Shown here: positions 1-9,059 of the stretch, piece by piece
Layout: the number at the start of each line of letters is the position of its first letter
How positions within the stretch are numbered: position 1 is the stretch's first letter
Origin: an uncultured Acidobacteriota bacterium
GTDB lineage: Bacteria > Acidobacteriota > Terriglobia > Acidiferrales > UBA7541
Reading direction: 5' to 3'
Assembly (NCBI GenBank): GCA_963779465.1
Contig: CAVZYH010000004.1
Span: forward strand, 395,075 to 459,074
DNA length: 64,000 nt
The notes under the pieces: generated by a model
The model's database searches: none
Told to the model about the DNA's origin: nothing
Seen by the model: only the letters and a program-made list of their open reading frames with translations
Position numbers and translations under genes: made by a program

Positions 1-200
1 CGCGCTGCCAGCTGCTTCAAATTCTCCGGAAACGATCGCACATGCTGGTAATATTGCTCCGCATAAAGTCCCAGCTCCGCCTTGGAAAGCTGCCCTTCCG
101 TCCAAGCCTTATAAAAAGGATGCTTCAGCAGGTGGTGCTTCGCTACCAGTGAATCGAGCGATTCCAGCAGGGTCTTTGGTGCGAGGTCGTTCTTGGGCAT
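1..200 (-). CDS. PqqC/TenA/CADD-like haem-oxygenase-fold redox enzyme family protein (5' part only; gene runs off the left edge)
   Basis: Not in the ORF track (no stop in window). Reverse-strand ATG at 200-198 preceded by AGGAG with a 6-nt spacer. Translation MPKNDLAPKTLLESLDSLVAKHHLLKHPFYKAWTEGQLSKAELGLYAEQYYQHVRSFPENLKQLAA carries the HPFY..W..G.L....L..YA.QYY.HV..FP pattern I associate with this superfamily. Confidence 0.6.
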   Translation of the reverse strand, partial: MPKNDLAPKTLLESLDSLVAKHHLLKHPFYKAWTEGQLSKAELGLYAEQYYQHVRSFPENLKQLAA

Positions 201-449
201 CCGGGTCTCCTGAGCTCTTACCGAAAAATGGCGGTGGACCAAAACCACGAAATCCTACAGGAATTCGTACGGGAAATCCAGTATTGACACATCCGAGCGG
301 CGCATCAGTTACCGAGCGGTCCTCAATCTCTCCCACTCCCGTCCACTGAAGCGCCAAGCCCAATCGTCTCCATGCGAGCCCGCAGCTGCGGACCCTGGCT
401 GTGGATTGTGCCGCCCGATCCCAGCGTTCACCGCCGCAGCATGCCGCTC

Positions 450-484
450 TTGACAAACCAACTGTATGGCTGTAATCATACAGT
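450..484 (+). promoter_or_regulatory. sigma70-type promoter (TTGACA-17 nt-TAATCA) overlapped by a perfect inverted repeat ACTGTATG-N8-CATACAGT ending 1 nt before the GntR ATG (candidate auto-operator, leaderless mRNA)
   Basis: TTGACA at 450-455 and TAATCA at 473-478. IR arms at 461-468 and 477-484. ATG at 485, so there is no room for a Shine-Dalgarno. Confidence 0.5.
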
Positions 485-871
485 ATGCTGTTTCACGTAA
501 ATCCGTCCTCCGGCGTGCCCATCTACGCGCAAATCGAAGCTCAGGTGAAAAACGCCGTTGCCGCGGGAGCCTTACAACCGCACCACGCGTTGCCATCGGT
601 CCGTAATTTGGCCGCCACACTGGGCATCAATCCCACCACCGCCGCGCGCGCTTACCAGAATCTGGAACGCGACGGCGTCATCACCGCCGTTCCGGGCGGC
701 GGCACATATGTTGCGGAAAACGTGCCACGATTTCTCAAGCCGGAGAAGGTGCGCCGGCTGCAGCCCTACGCCCGGCAAATTGCCGTCGAGGGCGCGCAAC
801 TTCTGCTGAGCGACGAGGACATTCTGAAGCTCGTTCAGGAAGAGCTCGATCGTCTGGGGGTGCGCAAATGA
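485..871 (+). CDS. GntR-family transcriptional regulator, short YtrA-like subfamily
   Basis: N-terminal winged-helix pattern PIYAQIEAQVKNAVAAGAL..LPSVRNLAATLGINPTTAARAYQNLERDGVI. Only 128 aa. ATGA overlap with the downstream ABC ATPase gene. Confidence 0.9.
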   Translation: MLFHVNPSSGVPIYAQIEAQVKNAVAAGALQPHHALPSVRNLAATLGINPTTAARAYQNLERDGVITAVPGGGTYVAENVPRFLKPEKVRRLQPYARQIAVEGAQLLLSDEDILKLVQEELDRLGVRK

Positions 872-1749
872 ACGACGCAGCCATTCGCACAGAGCAACTT
901 ACGAAAACCTATGGGCAGAACCACGCTGTCCGCGAACTTGCCCTCAACGCGCCACGTGGCGCGATCTACGGCTTCCTCGGACGCAACGGCGCGGGCAAGA
1001 CGACTACAATCAAAATGCTGCTCGGTCTGACTCGCCCCACCGCCGGTTTCGCGCAGGTGCTAGGAATGAATGTTGCCACTGAGCGAATCGCGATTCTGCG
1101 GCGCACTGCTTTTGTCAGCGAGAAAAAGTCGTTGTATCCTTCGCTCACTGCATCCGAGCTCGTGCGATTCAGTCGCGGCTTTTATCCCACATGGTCAGAC
1201 AGAGCCGTGGAAAAATATTCTCGCTTGCTGGAAATTCCTATGCGGCAGCGCTTTGCGAAGCTCTCGAATGGAAATCAAACCAAGGTCTGGCTGTTGCTGG
1301 CCCTTGCGCAGGGCGCGGACTTGATGATCCTGGACGAACCGACCACCGCTCTGGATCCCATTTCGGTTGAACAGCTCATGCACGTGCTGGCCGAAATCGC
1401 ACTCGACCGTGGCTGCACCATCTTCTTTTCTTCCCATCAACTAGAGGAAGTGGAACGCATTGCCGAATATGCCGGCTTCATGGATCGCGGCAAGCTTCTG
1501 CTGCAATCCCGCTTGGACGACATCAAAAGTGAATTCCGACTAATCACCGCTGCCGGCAACTCCCTCCCTGCGCAGACCTCCGCGCAAGTTTTGTCCGTCG
1601 GGGTCGAGGGCAATTTCTGCAAATACGTCGTAACCAGCGATGCGGAGGGCTTCGCCGCTGGACTATCGCGGAATGGAGCGACGGTTACCGATGTTGCTCC
1701 GCTAAGCCTGCGCGAAATCTTCTTGCAGCTCGCGCAAAAGGAGCAGTGA
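868..1749 (+). CDS. ABC transporter ATP-binding protein
   Basis: Walker A GRNGAGKTT, signature-like LSNGNQ, Walker B LMILDEP, H-loop SSHQ. Translationally coupled to both neighbours. Confidence 0.95.
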   Translation: MNDAAIRTEQLTKTYGQNHAVRELALNAPRGAIYGFLGRNGAGKTTTIKMLLGLTRPTAGFAQVLGMNVATERIAILRRTAFVSEKKSLYPSLTASELVRFSRGFYPTWSDRAVEKYSRLLEIPMRQRFAKLSNGNQTKVWLLLALAQGADLMILDEPTTALDPISVEQLMHVLAEIALDRGCTIFFSSHQLEEVERIAEYAGFMDRGKLLLQSRLDDIKSEFRLITAAGNSLPAQTSAQVLSVGVEGNFCKYVVTSDAEGFAAGLSRNGATVTDVAPLSLREIFLQLAQKEQ

Positions 1750-2435
1750 TGTACTTCTGGAAATGCTGGCGCGACACCCGTTCTTTCTTCATCGTCTTCG
1801 CGATCATCGCCGCTATCGTAATGCCCGTCGCTGCCGTAGTCTGTGTTGGGACGGGCTTGCTCGAAACTTTTGGGCGGGAAGCGTTTCTTTCCACGTTTGC
1901 ATTGATAGTCATGTTCGTCGCTTTGGCTCTTGGCGCACTCTGCGCCAGCGAAGAATTCGCCGACTCGACAATCCATTTCCTCTTCACCAAACCGCGCAGT
2001 CGCGCCTATTTCCTGTGGACCGGCTGGGTCGCCGGTTGCGCTCAGCTGCTGGCAATTGCGCTGATTAATTGGGCGGCGGGCTCGCTGACTCTCGCGCATT
2101 ACAGCAAAAATCCAGCTCACGTGGCAGTCCTTGATTCCGCGATGAACCAGCAGCTGGCAGGCGCTGCGATTGAAGGCCTGTACGTCTATTGCCTTACGTA
2201 CGCGTTGACAGTCGGGCTGCGCAACGGTCTGCGCGGCCTCGGTGCTAGCATCGCCATTGTGTTCGGCGTTCCGTTCTTCGCGATTGCCGTGCGCTGGCGC
2301 TGGAAAATCAGCCTGCCCGTCCCAACCGTGCCGATCGCAAGCGTGTCGCCGTTCACTAGCAACATCATTTGGCTGCTTGTCGCACTGCTCTTCGTTTTTG
2401 TCGCGCAACTCGTCATCGAACGCACGGAGATATAG
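1746..2435 (+). CDS. ABC-2-type transporter membrane subunit (hypothetical polytopic membrane protein)
   Basis: Several hydrophobic spans. GTG 1746 / ATG 1749 overlaps the ATPase stop. Position matches YtrA-type operons. No specific family motif recognised. Confidence 0.7.
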   Translation: MMYFWKCWRDTRSFFIVFAIIAAIVMPVAAVVCVGTGLLETFGREAFLSTFALIVMFVALALGALCASEEFADSTIHFLFTKPRSRAYFLWTGWVAGCAQLLAIALINWAAGSLTLAHYSKNPAHVAVLDSAMNQQLAGAAIEGLYVYCLTYALTVGLRNGLRGLGASIAIVFGVPFFAIAVRWRWKISLPVPTVPIASVSPFTSNIIWLLVALLFVFVAQLVIERTEI

Positions 2436-2515
2436 TCAGTCGAGACCACTCAAATCAGCGCCGCGCGGGTATTCGCTGTGGTACGCCATCGCTCTGGCGT
2501 TATATCCTTCACTCC

Positions 2516-3853
2516 ATGGCGCGCTCGCCGCAACGCTCCCCCACTACCGGCTTGTCTCTCGGCCTGATCATCACCATCGCCGCCGTCATAGCCTATTCCT
2601 GGTACATCACGCTGCAAATTTCCCACCTGCGCGAATTGCAGAACAATCTCGTCGAGCACAATCGCCGCGATTCCCTGCAACTTCTCCGAGTGCAGAACGA
2701 TCTCAACTCCCTCGGCCTCGCCATGCGCGACATGCTCGATAACGACGAGCCATATCCCCTCACCGCCTGGTCCGCGCAATTTCAACGCATTCGCACCGAC
2801 CTCGATAGCGCCCTGCAGGCGGAAGAGCAGCTGACCATCGCCCGCCGCACTCCCGAACAAACTCAATATCTGAAAGATTCGCTCGCGCAATTCTGGGATG
2901 CCGCCGACCGCACCTTCGCCCTCGCGCAAGCCGGCAAAGACGCTGAGGCCCGCGCGCAAATTCGCCTGTCGCTGCAAGCCCGCCAGTCCACTCTCAGCAC
3001 CGCCGTTTCCCGCCTGCTCGTGGAGAACAACGAAAACGAGCAGCAGGCCGCCACCCAAGTCGCGCAGATTTACGACCGCGTGCAACGCCAGGTTTATCTA
3101 TTTCTCACCGCCACGCTCACCGCGATCCTCCTCACCAGCCTCTATCTGATTCGTGCCAATCGCCAGCTCTTCGCCCGAATCGAAGCGCTCTCCCAGCAGC
3201 GCAGCGAACTCGCGCAAAAATTAATCTCCTCACAAGAATCCATGCTGCGCTCCATCTCCCGCGAGCTCCACGACGAATTCGGCCAGATCCTCACCGCGAT
3301 CGGCTCACTGCTCACCCGCTCCGAAAAACGCATCCCGGAAGGCTCGGCTTTGCACACCGATTTGCGCGAAGTGCGAGACATCGCCCAAACTACTCTGAAC
3401 AACGTGCGTAGCCTCTCGCAAGCATTGCATCCGGTGATGCTCGATGAAACCGGCCTCGAAAGCACCATGGACTGGTACATTCCCACAGTGGAGAAGCAGA
3501 CCGGAATTGACATAAGCTACCAGAAGTCCGGCGTGCCCTTCGCGCTCGACGGCGGCGCGGCCATTCACATTTACAGAGTGCTGCAGGAAGCTCTGAACAA
3601 CGTCGCCCGTCACTCCGGCGCGCGCGAAGCTCAAGTGCGCCTGCAGTTCTCACCGAACGCGCTGGACTTGGAAGTGGAAGATCATGGCAAAGGCGGCGTC
3701 GCCGTGGCTGCGCGCTCGGGCATAGGTCTGGTAGCCATGCGCGAACGCGCCGAACTGCTTCGCGGCACCATCGAATTCACGCAGCCGCCGCAAGGCGGGA
3801 CTCTGGTGCGCATGAGGGTTCCGCGGGAGGGCAACGAGGCGAATGTCGGATAA
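2516..3853 (+). CDS. Two-component sensor histidine kinase, HisKA_3 (NarL/DesK-type) with two TM helices flanking an all-helical periplasmic sensor
   Basis: H-box SRELHDEFGQ, N-box EALNNVARHSGA, G-boxes DHGKG and GIGLVAMRERA. I prefer ATG 2516 (MARSPQRS...TM) over the track start 2369, which overlaps the permease. Confidence 0.9.
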   Translation: MARSPQRSPTTGLSLGLIITIAAVIAYSWYITLQISHLRELQNNLVEHNRRDSLQLLRVQNDLNSLGLAMRDMLDNDEPYPLTAWSAQFQRIRTDLDSALQAEEQLTIARRTPEQTQYLKDSLAQFWDAADRTFALAQAGKDAEARAQIRLSLQARQSTLSTAVSRLLVENNENEQQAATQVAQIYDRVQRQVYLFLTATLTAILLTSLYLIRANRQLFARIEALSQQRSELAQKLISSQESMLRSISRELHDEFGQILTAIGSLLTRSEKRIPEGSALHTDLREVRDIAQTTLNNVRSLSQALHPVMLDETGLESTMDWYIPTVEKQTGIDISYQKSGVPFALDGGAAIHIYRVLQEALNNVARHSGAREAQVRLQFSPNALDLEVEDHGKGGVAVAARSGIGLVAMRERAELLRGTIEFTQPPQGGTLVRMRVPREGNEANVG

Positions 3854-4472
3854 GATTTCCGTTCTACTGGTGGACGATCACAGCCTGGTGCGGCGCGGCT
3901 TCCGCCGCATGCTCGAAGACGAGGGCGACTTGCAAGTCTCGGGCGAAGCTAGCAGCGGTGAAGACGCCGTGCGCCTGGCGCGCGAGCTGCGTCCCGACGT
4001 GATCGTAATGGACTGCGCGCTTCCGGCCATGAGCGGCCTCGCGGCGGCGCGCCTGATCCTCCAGGAATCTCCCAAGCAGGCCATCCTCATGCTCAGCATG
4101 CATTCTGAAGACACTTTGGTGCGCCAGGCGCTCGACGCCGGCGCCCGCGGTTACATCCTGAAAAATGCGGACGATCTCGGTCTGGGTTCGGCCATCCGCC
4201 GCGTCGCAGCGGGTGAAATTGTCCTCGCGCCAGAAGTTTCGCGCTCACCATCCCTAAAAGGCGAACGCGATTCCGGTCTCACCCCGCGCGAACTCGAAAT
4301 CCTGCAATTAATCGTCGAAGGCAATTCCAATAAAGCCATCGCCGACCGCCTCTCCCTCAGCGCGAATACCGTGGCCGTCCATCGCGCAAATATCATGGAT
4401 GCGCTCGGCATTCACAAGACCGCCGAGCTAGTCGTCTACGCCATCCGCAATGGTCTGGTGAATATCTCGTGA
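3843..4472 (+). CDS. Response regulator, NarL/LuxR family
   Basis: Receiver domain (VLLVDDH..., VIVMDCALP) plus C-terminal LuxR HTH LTPRELEILQLIVEGNSNKAIADRLSLSANTVAVHRANIM. Overlaps the kinase gene end. Confidence 0.95.
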   Translation: MSDKISVLLVDDHSLVRRGFRRMLEDEGDLQVSGEASSGEDAVRLARELRPDVIVMDCALPAMSGLAAARLILQESPKQAILMLSMHSEDTLVRQALDAGARGYILKNADDLGLGSAIRRVAAGEIVLAPEVSRSPSLKGERDSGLTPRELEILQLIVEGNSNKAIADRLSLSANTVAVHRANIMDALGIHKTAELVVYAIRNGLVNIS

Positions 4473-6187
4473 ATCGCAGGTCCTTCCTGCTGGGAATGGC
4501 GGGGCTCGCTGCCAGTCCGCTCGCACGAGCCAAACACGAACTGCTCGCACGCGGGCTAGTCGCGGCACCATCCGCCGCGAGTCCCGGTTTCCGCCTGACA
4601 GACGTCACGTCCGCCGCAGGCATTCAGTTCCATCACAACAGCGGTGCCTACGGCGGCAAGCTCCTCCCCGAAACTCTCGGCTCAGGATGCGCATTCCTCG
4701 ATTACGACGCGGACGGCTGGCAGGACATCCTGCTGATCAATGGCATGGACTGGCCGCAGCACAAACGGCAGCGCACCACACTCCGCCTCTATCGCAATAA
4801 TCGCGACGGCACTTTCACAGACGTCACCCATCGCGCCGGGCTCGACGTTGAAATGTACGGCATGGGCGTCGCCGTCGGCGATTACAACAACGACGGCTTT
4901 CCCGACATTCTCGTCACCTGCGTCGGCCAGAACCGCCTGTTCCGCAACTCCGGCAAAGGCACATTCACGGATGTCACCGCCAAAAGCGGACTCGGCAATC
5001 GCCTCGGCTTCAGCACCTCAGCCCTGTGGTTCGATTACGATCGCGACGGCTTGCTCGACCTCTTCGTCTGCAATTACGTGAAGTGGTCCGCCGAGCACGA
5101 TGTATTCTGCAGCCTCGACGGAAAACATAAGTCCTACTGCACGCCTGAAGCGTACCGCGGCGAAACTTGCTGGCTCTTTCACAATCGTGGCGACGGCACT
5201 TTCGAGGACGTCACCGCCGAGTCCGGCATCTTTGACACCAGCTCAAAATCTCTAGGCGTCGCCATGCTCGATTACGATCGCGACGGCTGGCCCGACCTCC
5301 TGATAGCCAATGACACCCAACCCAACAAGCTCTACCGCAATCAACGCAATGGCACGTTCAGGGATGTCGCTGTGGAAGCCGGAATTGCCTTCAGCGCCGA
5401 AGGAAAAGCGCGCGCCGGAATGGGTGTGGACGCCGCCGATTTCGATCACTCCGGCTTTCCCGGCGTTGCCATCACCAATTTCGACAACGAAATGATCGGC
5501 CTCTATCGCCCCGCCGCCAATGGCACGTACAACGATGTCGCAGTCCAAGCCGGGGTCGGCCTGGCATCACAAAACACGCTGGGTTTCGGCTGCGCGTTCC
5601 TCGATGCGAACCTCGACGGCGCGCTGGACCTCGTCGTCGCCAACGGGCATATTGATGACACCGTCCGCAACATTCGCGGCAATGTCGGCTACGCGCAACC
5701 TCCGCAAATTTTTCTCAACAATGGCCAGGGAAAATTTCAAGACGTCGCCGCAGCCACGGGCGAAGCGTTCATTCAGCCCAAAGTCGGCCGCGGCCTCTGC
5801 TACGCCGATTTCGACCGCGATGGCGACCTCGACATATTAATGACCACCAACAACGGCCCCGCGTATCTCTACCGCAACGACCAGCAAACCGGAAATCACA
5901 GCATCCGTTTCCGGCTCACCGGCACGAAATCCAACCGCGACGCGATTGGAGCCATGGTTCGCATCGAACACGAAGGCTCAACCCAGGAGCGCTTGGTAAA
6001 AGGCGGCTCGAGCTACCTCTCGCAATCCGAACTGCCAGTAACTTTCGGTCTCGGCAGACGCGACAAGATTGATCGCGTCACAATCGAATGGCCCAGCGGC
6101 AAATCCGAAGAATACAAAAACCCGGCCGCAGGACAGAGCTACGACTGCGTTGAAGGAAAAGCCATCACTCCGCAAGGCCGCTTCTAG
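4469..6187 (+). CDS. Secreted CRTAC1-family FG-GAP/VCBS repeat protein with ASPIC/UnbV C-terminal domain
   Basis: N-terminus MNRRSFLLGMAGLAASPLARA (TAT-like). Six D(Y/F)DxDGxxDlll repeats. C-terminal NRDAIGAMVRIE...GGSSYLSQSELPVTFGLG. GTGA overlap with the response-regulator stop. Confidence 0.9.
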   Translation: MNRRSFLLGMAGLAASPLARAKHELLARGLVAAPSAASPGFRLTDVTSAAGIQFHHNSGAYGGKLLPETLGSGCAFLDYDADGWQDILLINGMDWPQHKRQRTTLRLYRNNRDGTFTDVTHRAGLDVEMYGMGVAVGDYNNDGFPDILVTCVGQNRLFRNSGKGTFTDVTAKSGLGNRLGFSTSALWFDYDRDGLLDLFVCNYVKWSAEHDVFCSLDGKHKSYCTPEAYRGETCWLFHNRGDGTFEDVTAESGIFDTSSKSLGVAMLDYDRDGWPDLLIANDTQPNKLYRNQRNGTFRDVAVEAGIAFSAEGKARAGMGVDAADFDHSGFPGVAITNFDNEMIGLYRPAANGTYNDVAVQAGVGLASQNTLGFGCAFLDANLDGALDLVVANGHIDDTVRNIRGNVGYAQPPQIFLNNGQGKFQDVAAATGEAFIQPKVGRGLCYADFDRDGDLDILMTTNNGPAYLYRNDQQTGNHSIRFRLTGTKSNRDAIGAMVRIEHEGSTQERLVKGGSSYLSQSELPVTFGLGRRDKIDRVTIEWPSGKSEEYKNPAAGQSYDCVEGKAITPQGRF

Positions 6188-6248
6188 ATCAGAAAGTCCG
6201 GGCGAGGCTCGTTCGACATCAGAATCCTCGCCCGCTACCCAGACGAAT

Positions 6249-7124
6249 TCAGCAGCCTGCGAACGAGCTGAAATCTCCCAGCGCATTCGGCAACTTCGGA
6301 GTAAACGGATCGAAACCAAATGATTTTGCAACGTCGAATCCCGCAGCCTTGGCCGCGGTGATATCCACGAACGGCGTAAGCGCCGCGACTGCCTGGTCAA
6401 TTTCCGTCCAACACAGCGTGCGCTCGTAGCCGTTGTTATTGGGCGGAGCAACGCTTTCCGCAACCCCCTGCGCACCGGTGATTTTCTGAATCGGCCCGCC
6501 ATCTTGCGCCGCCACATCAGGCCCCACCACTCGCGCCAGCGTGCGGTGGTCGCTTTCAATCCCCATGATGCGCGCCGCCGTTACCCGCAGATCGCGCGTA
6601 CTGAAATTGCGCACGCCCACCAGGTAAGCCGCGATAAACGCATCTTCCAGCGTAACCAGAACGTTCAAAGTCGTCTGCGCGTCTTCGAACATTCCTTTCG
6701 GATAGAAGAAAGACGTAAACGGAGACGGCTGGCCCGTGACGGATTGCTCCAGCAGGTAGTGCGACATTTCTTCCTGCCGCGCGCCCCGTAGGTATCCCTG
6801 ATCATCGGAAGGTATGCGCCCGAAAAATGGCGCCGTTTCAATGATATGTGTGTACGTCGTCACCGCGAGCGCTTCCGCAATTTCCGCGGCGATCAGGATG
6901 TCTGTGTCGCGCTTCTTCGAGCCGTCTCGGTATTCGTCGTGGTCGTCACCACCCATGGCGCTCATCGCCTTTGCAGTCGGCGAGCCCACACTCAGCAGGC
7001 CGCTGAGCCCGGCGCCCCCCACGGCTCCGGCAATCACCGACCGCTGCAAGAAGCCTCTCCGGCTATTTATCCGGTTCTGCTCCGTCTCCGAACACACCAA
7101 TCCCCTTTCCTTTTCCGTACTCAT
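6249..7124 (-). CDS. TAT-exported ferritin-like domain protein
   Basis: Twin-arginine motif SRRGFLQRS followed by an A/G-rich h-region. Body has the helical ferritin-like pattern (AAEIAEALAVTTYTHII..., RQEEMSHYLLEQ..., LEDAFIAAYLVG..., GIESDHRTLARV). Confidence 0.8.
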   Translation of the reverse strand: MSTEKERGLVCSETEQNRINSRRGFLQRSVIAGAVGGAGLSGLLSVGSPTAKAMSAMGGDDHDEYRDGSKKRDTDILIAAEIAEALAVTTYTHIIETAPFFGRIPSDDQGYLRGARQEEMSHYLLEQSVTGQPSPFTSFFYPKGMFEDAQTTLNVLVTLEDAFIAAYLVGVRNFSTRDLRVTAARIMGIESDHRTLARVVGPDVAAQDGGPIQKITGAQGVAESVAPPNNNGYERTLCWTEIDQAVAALTPFVDITAAKAAGFDVAKSFGFDPFTPKLPNALGDFSSFAGC

Positions 7125-7312
7125 AATTTCAAGCTCCTGTCTGATTTTTTTAGGTTAAATACGGCGGGAGCGCCGGGTGAGAAGGTTTCCGGCCCAGAAA
7201 AACTTCCGCTGTCATTCGTACGCAGCGTTCCGCGGATCGGATGTAACAGCGCGAGGGATTATCTTGAATCGTTTTATCTGGAAGGTTGGGACGCTGCAGC
7301 CACGATCGCGTC

Positions 7313-7332
7313 GTTTGTAAACAGTTTGTAAA
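7313..7332. promoter_or_regulatory. Direct repeat GTTTGTAAA-CA-GTTTGTAAA (11-bp period) about 190-210 bp upstream of the ferritin-like gene start
   Basis: Exact 9-mers at 7313-7321 and 7324-7332. One helical turn apart, as is typical of winged-helix response-regulator sites. Confidence 0.35.
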
Positions 7333-7385
7333 TAGACCAATGCTTCTTGCTTTCAGGCCGGCAATGCAAAAATCCGCGCCAGATT

Positions 7386-9059
7386 CTACGCGTCGTCGTA
7401 ATCCTCAGTCAGCGACGCCAGAAACGCAGCCACGGCCGCAACGTCGCTATCACTCAGCGACATCCCCTGAAACTCCACCGGAGCATTGCGCAGCGTCCCC
7501 GCTCGCGCCAGCGCCGACATCCGCACGTAGAATTGCACCACTTCTGGAAACTCCAATTTGCTGCCGTTGTGAAAATAAGGCGCTGAATCTTCCAGGTCGC
7601 GCAGCATCGGCGTCTTGAACTGCCCGATAGTCGTGGCCAGTCCCTGGTCCGCCGTGCAATTCTGCGGATTCGCGCACACCACTGTTTGCAGATCCGTCTG
7701 CGGATTCGGAACATCCGGATTCAAATAAATGTTCCACAACCCTAGATCAGCGAAATTCGGCTGCCCGGCCACCGCATGGTGCCGGAATTCTTCGCTGGCA
7801 TTAGGATGCGTGACCGAAACCGGCATGTACTGATCGAAATTCTGAGTGCGCTGCGCCAGGGTGGGAATAGCGAGATTCATGAACGAGCCGGTTCCGTTTG
7901 CAGTGTCATATTCTTCCTGCGACACGCCCGTATTGTGAAATCGGAAATCGGTAAAGTTCGGCGCCGTGTGGCACGCCGCACAATTTCCCGCGTGCTGCGA
8001 ACCATCCGCCGCGTTATTCGCAACGCGCAGAAATATTTTCAGCCCCGCAAGCTCCGTTGCGCCAAATTGAAATGGCTGCGCGTGATATTGAAATTGCCCG
8101 TAGCTTCCGTTCACGAAGATGGGACTGCTCATGCCACTCACCAGAGACAGCAACCGTTGATTGTATTGCGGGATGCTCTCCCCAGCCATCGGTTGCACCG
8201 GCAGATGATTGATCCGCAGAAAAACATCGTATGGTGAAGCAAAGTAACGCCCGAACTGGTCCTGCTTGAACAACAGCCCCGCCATGTATTGCGCGATCAG
8301 TTTTGCAATCAGGTCAACGATCTGATCGTCCGTCGCCGACGTCACGTCCAGCCTGTACTGCGGCGCCAGCTGCACGTCCGCCGGAATCCCAGGCTGCGTT
8401 CCCAGAAAAATCACAGAATACGGAAGATTCTCGCCGTATTCCTGCGCCGGCGTGTTCATGCCGTTATCCTCGCGAATCACTTTCGCGATGTGCGCGATGG
8501 CCTGCTGCGTCTGCGTCGGTCCCCAGCCAAAATTTCGCCCCGTCAGCGTGCTCTTCACCAGGTCCGCGGGATCACTAAACTGCCCATCAAAATGAAGAAA
8601 TGTCGGGCCAGTGCGCGATTGCAGCGAACCCACCATCTGCGTCGAATTGCGTGGCGTCGCAGTGAAATTACCCATCGGCAGCGGCAACGGGCTGTGATCA
8701 ATAAAGTCCGCGTACGTCCGGTTGCCCGCCCCAGCAACCCCCTGAAACTCCACCACGAAATGGCACGACCGGCAGTTGATGGACTCTCCCGCGAAAGGCC
8801 CAGGCAACGTCCCGCTGGTCGTCAGTACCTGCGCCACGACCGGATCGCCCGCGATCAGCGGATCGTTTACTCCAGTCATGTGCGCCGCAAAATATTCCGC
8901 AAACCGCGTCTCCACAAAAAGCCGCTCGCCGATCTGCTGCTCCGAAGCGTTGATCGTGTCGTTCTCGGTGGGGAACTGGGGCGCCTGACCGGAAGAACAC
9001 GCGCTCAGAAATATCAACGCAGCAGTAACACCCGCCACCAAAGCATTAGGCCGAATCAT
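7386..9059 (-). CDS. Di-haem cytochrome c peroxidase/MauG-family lipoprotein (enlarged, about 557 aa)
   Basis: Two CxxCH sites (CRSCH, CAACH). CCP-type C-terminal motif FKTPMLRDLEDSAPYFHNGS. Start moved to ATG 9059 (MIRPNALVAGVTAALIFLSAC, lipobox-like), which forms an ATGA overlap with the upstream cytochrome c stop. Confidence 0.85.
   Translation of the reverse strand: MIRPNALVAGVTAALIFLSACSSGQAPQFPTENDTINASEQQIGERLFVETRFAEYFAAHMTGVNDPLIAGDPVVAQVLTTSGTLPGPFAGESINCRSCHFVVEFQGVAGAGNRTYADFIDHSPLPLPMGNFTATPRNSTQMVGSLQSRTGPTFLHFDGQFSDPADLVKSTLTGRNFGWGPTQTQQAIAHIAKVIREDNGMNTPAQEYGENLPYSVIFLGTQPGIPADVQLAPQYRLDVTSATDDQIVDLIAKLIAQYMAGLLFKQDQFGRYFASPYDVFLRINHLPVQPMAGESIPQYNQRLLSLVSGMSSPIFVNGSYGQFQYHAQPFQFGATELAGLKIFLRVANNAADGSQHAGNCAACHTAPNFTDFRFHNTGVSQEEYDTANGTGSFMNLAIPTLAQRTQNFDQYMPVSVTHPNASEEFRHHAVAGQPNFADLGLWNIYLNPDVPNPQTDLQTVVCANPQNCTADQGLATTIGQFKTPMLRDLEDSAPYFHNGSKLEFPEVVQFYVRMSALARAGTLRNAPVEFQGMSLSDSDVAAVAAFLASLTEDYDDA

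Noticed and set aside
201-449. Possible riboswitch (TPP, THF or ZTP) in the 250-nt spacer upstream of the TenA/PqqC-like gene
   Set aside because: I reverse-complemented the spacer and did not find the TPP core (CUGAGA ... ACCUGAUCUGGAUAAUGCCAGCG), nor recognisable THF or ZTP cores. An Infernal/Rfam scan would be needed to exclude other classes.
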